A stretch of DNA of 64,000 bases. Source: an uncultured Phycisphaerales bacterium (GTDB taxonomy: Bacteria > Planctomycetota > Phycisphaerae > WQYP01). The DNA lies in NCBI GenBank assembly GCA_963766775.1, contig CAVYBP010000001.1, positions 128,239-192,238 on the forward strand, given 5' to 3'. Each line of letters opens with the position of its first letter. Positions within the stretch are counted from its first letter, which is position 1. The notes beneath the pieces are model-generated. The model was not told the origin of the DNA. It saw only the letters and a list, made by a program, of their open reading frames with translations, and ran no database searches. Positions 9,611 through 18,700 of the stretch are shown here, piece after piece. The position numbers were made by a program, and so were the translations under genes.

Positions 9611-10394
9611 CTATTCAGGTCGGTCGACCATTTCTAAGGGCATGACAAGACGGTCAAACTCGCCAAGATACTTGATAACTTTTTGATGGAACTTCTTTGC
9701 ATCCTTAGGTGCCATGCTTTGCAGCTCTGACCTGTCCAATTCTGACGCGAGATTCGCAAGTTGGCTACTAATCTCAATTTCCCGATCTGAAAGGCGTCCG
9801 GATGTATCAAATTCGTCGAACGTTTGCTGTATGTGGGCAAAAAGGTTTCGAAGTTTCTTTTGAAGAGCGCTTTCATCCTCCCAGAGTAGAAACGGAAACC
9901 ATGAGGTAAAATCTTCTGCGCGTTTGATTTTCGTATTCCAGTATTCCAAATCAGATAAGATCTCTGGGGAAGATTCCGCACTCACACACCGCATGACTCC
10001 GTCGAGTAATCCCTTTACCGATTCCGGTCGAATGCGCTTTAATGCACGCCTGAAGTTATGTGTGAACATTTCCTTAATATTCGGAATATCCCTCAACTCT
10101 TCGTTGGGTCCATTTTCGTACTCATGTTTAAAAGCGGGAGATAGATAGCTTGGTATCTGGGCGAAAGAATGTCGTTTTCTTGACCTTCTCGATTACGCCT
10201 GAATACGCATAACGTGGGTCCGGCGAACCAGTTCGGAGACAGCGAAAGAGTCCCCCGTTGTAATTTTTGTGCACTCGGTCAATTATTTGGTAATCTTCTA
10301 CATCGGCGCGACTCCTGAGAATAAGAAATAAAAGATCGACCCATTTAAAAATATTTACAATGTTTACTTCGTTGTCTTGCTCAGGTCTGTCCAT
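9611..10394 (-). CDS. hypothetical protein in an AT-rich islet, split into two ORFs (10128..10394 and 9611..10096)
   Basis: The two same-strand ORFs have frames that both stay open over about 10128..10190, which fits one ~255 aa gene with a 1-nt indel. Visibly lower GC than the flanks. No recognised domain. Confidence 0.4.
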
Positions 10395-10403
10395 AGGTCA
10401 CCA

Positions 10404-11864
10404 TCAATACTCCACCGTCGGAAAATTCGCCGTTGCCGTCTCCTTGTATCCCGTCGGCACCGTCTGCTCCAGCGTGTCCTTGCTCATCCCAAGCGCCGCC
10501 AATATCGCTTGCATATTGTCCGCGACGGGTATCGGCTTGTTTGCTCGCGTTCCCCATGTCGCCTCCGCCGCGGGTTGTTTCGCCTCCTTCGTCCGAATTC
10601 CCGTGTGATAATGCACGGTCGCATCCGGGTCCTTCAACCCATGGCCCGTCAAAATGCAGGCCACGCGCTCGTTCCGCCCGATGGTCCCGTTCGCCAATAA
10701 CTGCTGCAGACCCGCGATCGTCGCCGCACTTGCAGGCTCGCATCCAAACCCATACCGCCCCACCAGCGACTTCGCCTCGAGAATCGTCTCATCCGTCACT
10801 TCCGCCACCACGCCCTTCATCACATCCAGCGCCCGCAGCGCCTTTTTCAAGTTCACCGGCCGCGAAATCTCAATCGCGCTCGCCACCGTGTGCGGATGAT
10901 AATTCGCCTCATCCATTCCCGCATAAAGCCCTTTAATCCGTCCCCCGTCGATATGCCCCCCGTTCCACTTCATGTTCATCCGATTCACCACCGTGTTCAG
11001 CGTGTTCGCTCCCTGCGCATTAATAATCGCCAACCGCGGCACCTTCTTCACAAGTCCCAGCGCCAGCAGCTCCTCATACGCCTTCCCAAACGCCGAGCAA
11101 TTCCCAAGATTTCCGCCCGGCACCACGATCCAGTCCGGCACCTCCCAATTCAATCCCTCCAGAATCCGGTACATGATCGTCTTCTGCCCCTCCAAGCGAA
11201 ACGGATTCACCGAGTTCATCAGATACAAACCCAACTGCTGCGACACATCCCGCACGCGGCGCAGACACGCATCAAAATCACCCTCGATCTGCAACGTCAG
11301 CGCACCATAATCCAGTGCCTGCGACAGCTTCCCGAACGCAATCTTCCCAGTGCCGATAAATACAATCCCCTGAAATCCATTCTGTGCCGCATACAGCGCC
11401 AGCGACGCCGACGTATTCCCCGTGGATGCGCATGCAACCCGCCGCGCCCCGACGATCCGCGCATGCGTAAACGCCGCCGTCATCCCATTATCTTTAAACG
11501 AACCCGACGGATTCATCCCTTCATACTGCAGATACAACTGTCCCGGCCACATCCCCAATTGCCGTCCCATGCACTGCGCATTCTGCAAAAACGTCTGTCC
11601 CTCCCCAATCGTGCAGATCATCGCATCCGCCGCGAAAGGCAACAGATCGCGGAACCGCCACACCCCCGAATGATCCAGCGGAAACCGCCGATGCGTCCAG
11701 CGTTGTTCAAATTCCTTCAGCGACTTCGGCAGTTCCGCCTTGTCCCACTCGTACCGAATGTCCAGCAACTCCCCACACTTTGCGCAGCTGGTCAGCGTCT
11801 GCGTCACGTCGTAGGTGGCCGCACATTCGGGATTCATACACTGTTGATAAGCAATCGTCTTCAT
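10404..11864 (-). CDS. thrC: threonine synthase (long form with N-terminal zinc ribbon)
   Basis: PLP lysine motif SGSFKDNG, ACASTGNTSASLA, and an N-terminal CxxC...CxxC. ATG at 11864 gives MKTIAYQQC. Confidence 0.92.
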   Translation of the reverse strand: MKTIAYQQCMNPECAATYDVTQTLTSCAKCGELLDIRYEWDKAELPKSLKEFEQRWTHRRFPLDHSGVWRFRDLLPFAADAMICTIGEGQTFLQNAQCMGRQLGMWPGQLYLQYEGMNPSGSFKDNGMTAAFTHARIVGARRVACASTGNTSASLALYAAQNGFQGIVFIGTGKIAFGKLSQALDYGALTLQIEGDFDACLRRVRDVSQQLGLYLMNSVNPFRLEGQKTIMYRILEGLNWEVPDWIVVPGGNLGNCSAFGKAYEELLALGLVKKVPRLAIINAQGANTLNTVVNRMNMKWNGGHIDGGRIKGLYAGMDEANYHPHTVASAIEISRPVNLKKALRALDVMKGVVAEVTDETILEAKSLVGRYGFGCEPASAATIAGLQQLLANGTIGRNERVACILTGHGLKDPDATVHYHTGIRTKEAKQPAAEATWGTRANKPIPVADNMQAILAALGMSKDTLEQTVPTGYKETATANFPTVEY

Positions 11865-12003
11865 GCAGGCGATTGTAGCGGAGGCCATGAATCGGGTACA
11901 CCCCGTTCTCCCGCAGATCAACCCGCGCCATTTTTTCGCCCGCGACCATTAAGGGGCGCGGCCCTGCTATACTGAAGCGATAACTGATTTTGGAACCCAC
12001 GCC

Positions 12004-14529
12004 ATGCCTCCGACTCCTGCCCTCCGCCCCGAACTGCTCGCCCCGGCCGGCGACTGGGACGCCCTTCGCGCCGCCGTCGCGAACGGTGCCGACTCCGTCT
12101 ACTTCGGCCTCGATCGCTTCAACGCCCGCCACCGCGCCACCAATTTCACCCTCGACGAACTCCCGCGCGTCATGGATTACCTCCATGCCCACAACGTCAA
12201 AGGTTTCCTCACGTTCAACACGCTCATTTTCAGTGATGAACTCGAATCCGCCCTCGAATATATCCAGGCCGTCGCCTCCGCCGGCGTCGATGCCGTCATC
12301 GTGCAAGACCTCGGCATCGCCAAACTCATCCACACCCTCGCCCCTTCCCTCCACATCCACGGCTCCACGCAAATGACCCTCACCGAGCCCGAAGGCATCA
12401 AATTCGTCCAACAACTCGGCGTCCAGCGCGTGGTCCTCGCCCGCGAACTCGGCCTCAACGAAATCAAGAAGATCACCGCCGCCACCGACATGCCCCTCGA
12501 AGTGTTCGTCCACGGCGCGCTCTGCGTCGCCTACTCCGGACAATGCCTCACTTCCGAATCCCTCGGGGGCCGCTCCGCCAACCGTGGTCAATGCGCCCAA
12601 GCCTGCCGCCTTCCCTATCAGCTGCTTGTCGATGGCACCCTCAAGGACCTCGGCGACAAGGCCTACCTGCTCTCCCCTTCCGACCTTGCCGCCCACGATC
12701 TCATCGGCGAACTCACCGACCTCGGCGTCGCCTCATTCAAAATCGAAGGCCGCCTCAAGTCCGCGCACTACGTCGCCGCCACCACCCAAACCTACCGCGC
12801 CGCCATCGACGCAAAAATCTCCAATCTTAAATTTGAAATCTCCCAACAACACTCCCACGACCTCGAACAAACATTCTCCCGCGGCTTCACCCACGGCTTC
12901 CTCTCCGGCGTCAACCATCAACAACTCGTCACCGCCAAATACTCCAAAGCCCGCGGCACAAAAATCGGCACCGTCCTCTCCAAAACCACCCACTCAATCA
13001 CGATCAAACCTTCTGTACCGCGACCATCAGGGAGCGCTGATTCACCTCTCAAACCCGGTGACGGCATCCTCTTCGACGAAAACCGCCCCGAACAAGACGA
13101 ACAAGGAGGCCGCATTTACGCCGTCCGCGCACTCCCCAACAACCAACTCGAACTCCAATTCCGCGAAGGCGACCTCAACTTCGCCGCCATCTCCCCCGGT
13201 GCTCTTGTGTGGAAAACCGACGACCCCGCCCTCAAGCGCCGCCTCGAGCACTCCTTCTCACGCGATACCATCGCGCGCCGCGTGAAACTCCACTTCACCG
13301 TGATGGCACACGTCGGGCAAACATTGGAAGTCACCGCCGTCGACGACGAAGGCCGCACCGCCACCGCCACATGGAAGCCTCTCGAAAAAGCCCACAAATT
13401 CCCCGCCACCAAAGAATCCATCAAAGAACAAATCGACCGCCTCGGCGACACCCCCTTTGAACTCGCCGACCTCACCATCGACGAATCCGACGGCCCCATG
13501 ATCCCCAAAAGCGTCCTCAACGATCTCCGCCGCCAAGTTGTGGAAAAACTCCTCACCCATCGCACCCGCAACCACAAAATCGAAAACCCCCACGCCCTAG
13601 AATCCCTCCGCAGCGCCATTCCCCCCTTCAGCATTCAGAATTCAGAATTCAATCTTTCCCTCCACCTCCTCGTCCGCACGCTCGACCAACTTACCGCCGT
13701 TCTTTCGCACAATTCACCACTGAAGCCCACCACGATCTACGCCGATTTTGAAGACGTTCGCCGCTATCCCGAAGCGATCACCCGTTGCCGCGCCGCCGGA
13801 ATAAAAATCGCCCTCGCCACCCTTCGCATCGTCAAGCCCGGCGAAGAGGGCTTCCTCAAACAAGTCTCCGATTGCAATCCCGACGCCCTCCTCGTCCGAT
13901 GCCTCGGCGCGATCCACTACTACCAGCACCATGCCCCACACCTCCCCCTCATCGGCGACTACGCCCTCAACATCGCCAACGAACTCACCGCCCAGATTTT
14001 CACCGACGCCGGCCTCGTGCGAATCGTCCCCTCCTACGACCTCAACTGGACCCAACTTGCCGCCATGCTCCGCCGCTTCGATCCGTCGAAATGTGAAACC
14101 GTCCTCCACCAGCACATGCCGATGTTTCACATGGAGCATTGCGTCTTCGCCCACACGCTCTCCAACGGCAAAGACTTTCACGACTGCGGCCGCCCCTGCG
14201 AAAAACACAAAGTCGATCTCATCGACGCTCGCCGCGCCGCGGGCGGCGACGGCGGCGAACCCCACCCGCTCATCCCCGACGTCGGCTGCCGCAACACCCT
14301 CTTCAACGCCAAAGCCCAAACCGCAGCCGAGTACCTCCCCGACCTCCAAAAACTCGGCATCCGCCACTTCCGCATCGAACTCCTCCGCGAATCCGCCGAA
14401 GAAACGACCCGCCTCCTCGACCGCTACACCCGCCTCCTCACCGGCCACGAAAAACCGCTCGACACCATTCGAAGCCTCCGCGTCCTCAACCAACTCGGCG
14501 TCACCCGCGGAACCCTGGCTCACGAGTGA
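12004..14529 (+). CDS. U32 family peptidase-like protein (long form with DUF3656-type C-terminal extension)
   Basis: ELLAPAGDWDALRAAVANGADSVYFG, EVFVHGALCVAYSGQCL.S......RSANRGQCAQACR are U32 signatures. 841 aa, uninterrupted. Confidence 0.9.
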   Translation: MPPTPALRPELLAPAGDWDALRAAVANGADSVYFGLDRFNARHRATNFTLDELPRVMDYLHAHNVKGFLTFNTLIFSDELESALEYIQAVASAGVDAVIVQDLGIAKLIHTLAPSLHIHGSTQMTLTEPEGIKFVQQLGVQRVVLARELGLNEIKKITAATDMPLEVFVHGALCVAYSGQCLTSESLGGRSANRGQCAQACRLPYQLLVDGTLKDLGDKAYLLSPSDLAAHDLIGELTDLGVASFKIEGRLKSAHYVAATTQTYRAAIDAKISNLKFEISQQHSHDLEQTFSRGFTHGFLSGVNHQQLVTAKYSKARGTKIGTVLSKTTHSITIKPSVPRPSGSADSPLKPGDGILFDENRPEQDEQGGRIYAVRALPNNQLELQFREGDLNFAAISPGALVWKTDDPALKRRLEHSFSRDTIARRVKLHFTVMAHVGQTLEVTAVDDEGRTATATWKPLEKAHKFPATKESIKEQIDRLGDTPFELADLTIDESDGPMIPKSVLNDLRRQVVEKLLTHRTRNHKIENPHALESLRSAIPPFSIQNSEFNLSLHLLVRTLDQLTAVLSHNSPLKPTTIYADFEDVRRYPEAITRCRAAGIKIALATLRIVKPGEEGFLKQVSDCNPDALLVRCLGAIHYYQHHAPHLPLIGDYALNIANELTAQIFTDAGLVRIVPSYDLNWTQLAAMLRRFDPSKCETVLHQHMPMFHMEHCVFAHTLSNGKDFHDCGRPCEKHKVDLIDARRAAGGDGGEPHPLIPDVGCRNTLFNAKAQTAAEYLPDLQKLGIRHFRIELLRESAEETTRLLDRYTRLLTGHEKPLDTIRSLRVLNQLGVTRGTLAHE

Positions 14530-14583
14530 TAAAATTTCACTTCACGTGTATATTCCGCCCATCATTTCCGAATCGGGAACCTT

Positions 14584-15312
14584 ATGCTGTTTGAATTCGA
14601 TCAACACGGCCGCCGCCATAAATTCGCCATCGAATTGATGAAACTTCGCGTGCCCGGCATTCCTCATCCCGTTGCGTTTCGTCCCGACACCAGCGACCTG
14701 GGCACCTTCGCCCAAACATTCCTCGACCGCGACTATCAACTCACTCTCGCCGCGCCCCCTCGGCTCATCATCGACGGCGGCGCCAACGTCGGCTTCGTCT
14801 CCATCCTTTTCGCCAATCAATTTCCCCATGCCCGTATCCTCTCCGTCGAGCCGATGCCCGAAAACTTCGCGGTCCTCTCCGAAAATGCCCGGCCCTATCC
14901 GAATGTCCAACCCATCCACGCCGCCATCTGGAATCGCCCCGGCCAGATCGATCTCGTGACCCACGATCAGAACAACACCTTCCTCGGCCACTGGGGCATT
15001 CAGGTGCGCGAAGCATCGCAAACCCCCTCCAACGCTGTGCGAGCCATGACCATTCTCGAACTGCTCGAATCCACCGGCCTGCCTTTCATCGACATTCTCA
15101 AATTGGATATCGAAGGCGCGGAAACGGAAGTATTTAACGACGACGCCGGCGCGTGGCTCAGCAAAACCAACATGCTCATCATCGAACTGCACGACCGCTT
15201 CAAACCCGGCTGTTCTGAAAAAGTCTACGCCGCCCTAAAACCGTTTGGCTTCATGCAGTTCACTCGAGCCGAAAACACCTTCTTCGCCCGCACCATTCCA
15301 CTCTCGCAGTAG
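14584..15312 (+). CDS. FkbM-family SAM-dependent methyltransferase
   Basis: IIDGGANVGFVSILFA and ILKLDIEGAETEVF motifs. Confidence 0.85.
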   Translation: MLFEFDQHGRRHKFAIELMKLRVPGIPHPVAFRPDTSDLGTFAQTFLDRDYQLTLAAPPRLIIDGGANVGFVSILFANQFPHARILSVEPMPENFAVLSENARPYPNVQPIHAAIWNRPGQIDLVTHDQNNTFLGHWGIQVREASQTPSNAVRAMTILELLESTGLPFIDILKLDIEGAETEVFNDDAGAWLSKTNMLIIELHDRFKPGCSEKVYAALKPFGFMQFTRAENTFFARTIPLSQ

Positions 15313-15322
15313 GAGGCCCGCC

Positions 15323-15652
15323 ATGATCTACCGCGTCCTCGCCCACTCCCGCGACAACGGCCAGCGCATGACTTTGGAACTCAACGCCAAATCCAAAGCC
15401 GACGCCGAACGTCAAGCCCAACGCCAAAACCTTCAAATCATCCGTATCGAAGCCGCCAGTCCCGAAGACGCCCCACCCGAAAAAGAATGGACCCCCGTCG
15501 CCCCCCGCCGCGCATTCAAAATCCCTTGGTTACTCCTATTCCTGCTGCTGGCAACCGGCGCTATTTATTATTTCTGGCCCATCCTGTCCGACCTTGCCCA
15601 CCGCTTCCAACCAAAGCCTCACCTGACGACTGCCCCCGCCGAAACTTCTTAA
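15323..15652 (+). CDS. small hypothetical membrane protein
   Basis: ATG at 15323 lies 7 nt after AGGAGG (15311..15316). C-terminal TM helix WLLLFLLLATGAIYYFWPIL. Confidence 0.5.
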   Translation: MIYRVLAHSRDNGQRMTLELNAKSKADAERQAQRQNLQIIRIEAASPEDAPPEKEWTPVAPRRAFKIPWLLLFLLLATGAIYYFWPILSDLAHRFQPKPHLTTAPAETS

Positions 15653-15671
15653 GATACTGTTTGAAAAGTGG

Positions 15672-15757
15672 GTATCTCCGAGCCGCGCCCGTCAGGAAGC
15701 GGTTTTCGCGGCGCTTGGGAACAACCGCTTCCTCACGGGCGCGGCTCGGTCGGATAC
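15672..15757. repeat. palindromic REP/MITE-like element, copy 1 (27-nt arms 15678..15704 / 15723..15749, 18-nt spacer)
   Basis: Arms CCGAGCCGCGCCCGTCAGGAAGCGGTT and AACCGCTTCCTCACGGGCGCGGCTCGG are complementary except for one central C:C mismatch. The extra flanking pair GTATC/GATAC extends the stem. It lies between convergent genes. Confidence 0.85.
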
Positions 15758-15781
15758 TTAACTTCTTAAACGGGCTGGCGG

Positions 15782-18700
15782 TTAATGTTGGCGGCGCTTC
15801 CGGAGGAGGAGGGGGAGGGCGAATGCAAGCAGGGAAAGCGAAGCGGGTTCAGGGGTTGGGGTCGCGGCGACGAGGGATTCGGCGGCAATGACGCTGCTGC
15901 TGTTAGCGAAGTTGGTGCCCAGGTTATTGAGAACATCGTTAAGGTCGTTGAGATCGATGGTGGAGGCGTTGTCGAAGTTGCCGCTGGTCCAGAGGGACGT
16001 GGCGGAGCCGAGGTTGTTGAGGACGGTATCGAGATCGTTGAGGTCAACATGGCCATCCACGTTGGCGTCGCCGAGAAGTTCGGAGGCGACGAAGATGGAG
16101 TTGCTGTCGGCGGGCTGGCCGCCGAAGGTGGTTTTTTGGGGGACCAGTGCGGAGTTGGCGAAGACGGCGACGCCCATGTTGGCGGGGAGTGTGGAACTGT
16201 AGAGGGTGCCGGCGAGGACTTCACTTTGGAGGGCGGAGAATGTGGTGGCGAAGTTGGAGGTGGCTTCGACGATGAGTTTGTTGTTGGTGAGGTCGAGTGA
16301 GCCGCTGGTGCCAAGGGTGAAGGCCTGAATGAGGCTGGTGCCGGTGGCGGTGCCGTTGGTGCGGATGCGGACGGAGCCGTTGATGATGAGGGTGTTGACG
16401 AGGATTCCATCGGAGGTGAGTCCGGGTGCGACCTTTGTGCCTGCGGAGACGGTGAGGGTTCCGGCACCGTTAATGATGCCGAGATTGTTGGCGGTGCCGC
16501 CGAGGGTGAGGAAGCCGGCGGAGATGACGGTGGGGGAGGAGGTGGTGAAGTTTTGCGCGAGGACGAGGCTGCCGGGTCCGACTTTGGTGAGGCCTCCGCC
16601 GGACAGGGGGCTGTTGACGGTGAAGGTGTTAGCGGCGGTGTTGATGTCGAAGGTTCCGCCGGCGGGGCTCCAGTTCACGGTGTGGCCGACGGCAGTGAAG
16701 GTCGTGCCGGTGACTTGAAGCGTTCCGCCATTGAAGGTGATCGGGCTGGTGGCGGCACCGAGGTTGGCGGTGGCGCTGACGGAGAGGACGCCGGCGGTGA
16801 GGGTCGTTCCACCGGTGTAGGTGCTGGTGCCGGTGAGGGTCTGGGTTCCGGTGCCGGTCTTCACGAGGTTGATGCCGCCGGTGATGATGGCATTAAAGGT
16901 TGCGGTGGCGTTGTTATTGCCGACGGAGAGGATGTGCGTGCCAATGTTGTTATCGACGGAGCCGTAGGTCGCGCGTCCGGCCGAGAGGCCGTTGATGCTC
17001 AGATCAAAACCATTGAGTTCGAGGACGGGATCGAAGGAACTGGTGAAGTCGGTAAGCGTGGCGAAGACGACGTTGCCCTTGCCCGGACCGAAGGGGAGCT
17101 GATTGGTTGCGCCCGATTTTGAGGACGCCCATGTTCATGGTGGTGTCGCCGCTGTAGGTTAAAGCGGAAGTGGCCGCGAGTGCCCAGGTGTTGGAGCGGT
17201 CTTTGGTGAGGAAAGTTTTTCCGCTGGAGGGATCGCCAATGTCGGCACCGAAGGTGCTGCTGGTGGTGCTTTCGCCTTCAAGGCTGAGGGTGCGATCACC
17301 GGTGCCGCTGAAGACGATGGGACCGCCATTGGAGAAGGTAATTCCGCCATTGGCGTAGATGGCGCCGCCATTTTGGGTGACGGTGAAGAGTCGGTCGGTG
17401 GAGGTGGTTGCACCGGTGTAAAAGAGGATGCCGCCGTCGAGGACGAGGTTGGAAGCGGCGTTGGAGGATTGTCCGATGCTGCTGGGGGCATTTCCGTTGG
17501 CGAGTACGCTGGCGTTGAGGCGCAGATCGCCGGTGTATGCGAGGCCGGTGCCGTCGTTGGGGCCGCCGAGTCCCATGTTGAGTATGCCTTGGCCGATGAC
17601 GGTGGGGCCGGTGTAGGTATTCGCGCCGCCGAGGATGAGTTCGGCATTAGCGATTTGCTTGAGCGTGCCGGTTCCCGTGATGACATTGGTGGCGGTGGTC
17701 ATGTACCCGCGGTCGAAGACAAGCGTGGCGTTGTTAATGATGGTGCCGGCGCCGAGTTTTCCGCGGAAGCCGCCATCGCCGGGTCCGAGGCTGCTGGGCG
17801 TGCCGCCGATACCAACCTGGAGTGTTCCGCCGCTGATGGTGGTGGTGCCGGAGTAGGTGCTGTCGCCGGAGAGGATTTGAGTGCCGGAACCGGTCTTGAC
17901 GAGGTTGATGGCACCGCCGATGACACCGGAGAAGAGTCCGGCAGCATTGCCATTGCCGATGGTGACCGTTTGAAGAGCGCCGGAGTTGGTGAGCAAGCCG
18001 CCGCCGGGGCCATTGGGGCCGGCCCAGCCATTGGGATTGGTGGCGGTGATGGGGCCTGCCGGTCCGTCGTTGAGGCCGTTGGTGGAGAGGGATTGGCCGT
18101 TGATATTGAAGGTACCGGCGGTGGCGAGGACGAGATTTCCTTTGCCGGTGCCGTTGGGGAGATGCGCCGCCTGAAGCGAGTTGAAGTGTGCCATTGAGGA
18201 CGGTGGTGTCACCGCTGTAGGTTTTGAGGCCCGCGCCGAGACTCCAGGTGCCCGTGGCGGTTTTGGTGAGGGCGGTCGTGCCGGTGGAGGGGTCAGCGAG
18301 CCCGGGCGCGAAGATGTTGCCGGCGGTGGTGCCGGTCAAGGTCACCATGCGGTTGCCGGTTCCGCTTGCGACGGTTGAGGCGGTGTTGTTGAAGTTGATC
18401 GCGCCGGTGCCGGAACCGTCGAAGGTCGCGCCGGTTGAGCCGAAAGTGAAGAGACGATCGGTGGATGCGGCCGCGCCGGTGTACTGGAGGGTGCCGCCAT
18501 TGATGACAAGATTGGCGGCGACGTTGGAGAAGCGCCGATGCCGCTGTTCGCGCCGCCGATGGCGAGTGCCGCGGTGGAGAGGATGATGCTGTTGATGGTC
18601 GTGACGCCGGTGTAGCTGTTGGCGGCGTTTGGGATGACGGTGCCGCTGGAGCCGGTGTTTCCGATGATGACCCCGGCAGTGCCGGTGATGACGGGCGAGA

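Noticed and set aside
9614-10395. The near-identical strings at the two ends of the AT-rich islet as true att sites or a target duplication.
   Set aside because: The match is only about 11 of 14-17 positions with a gap, and could be coincidence. It is kept as a remark in the islet finding, not as a feature.
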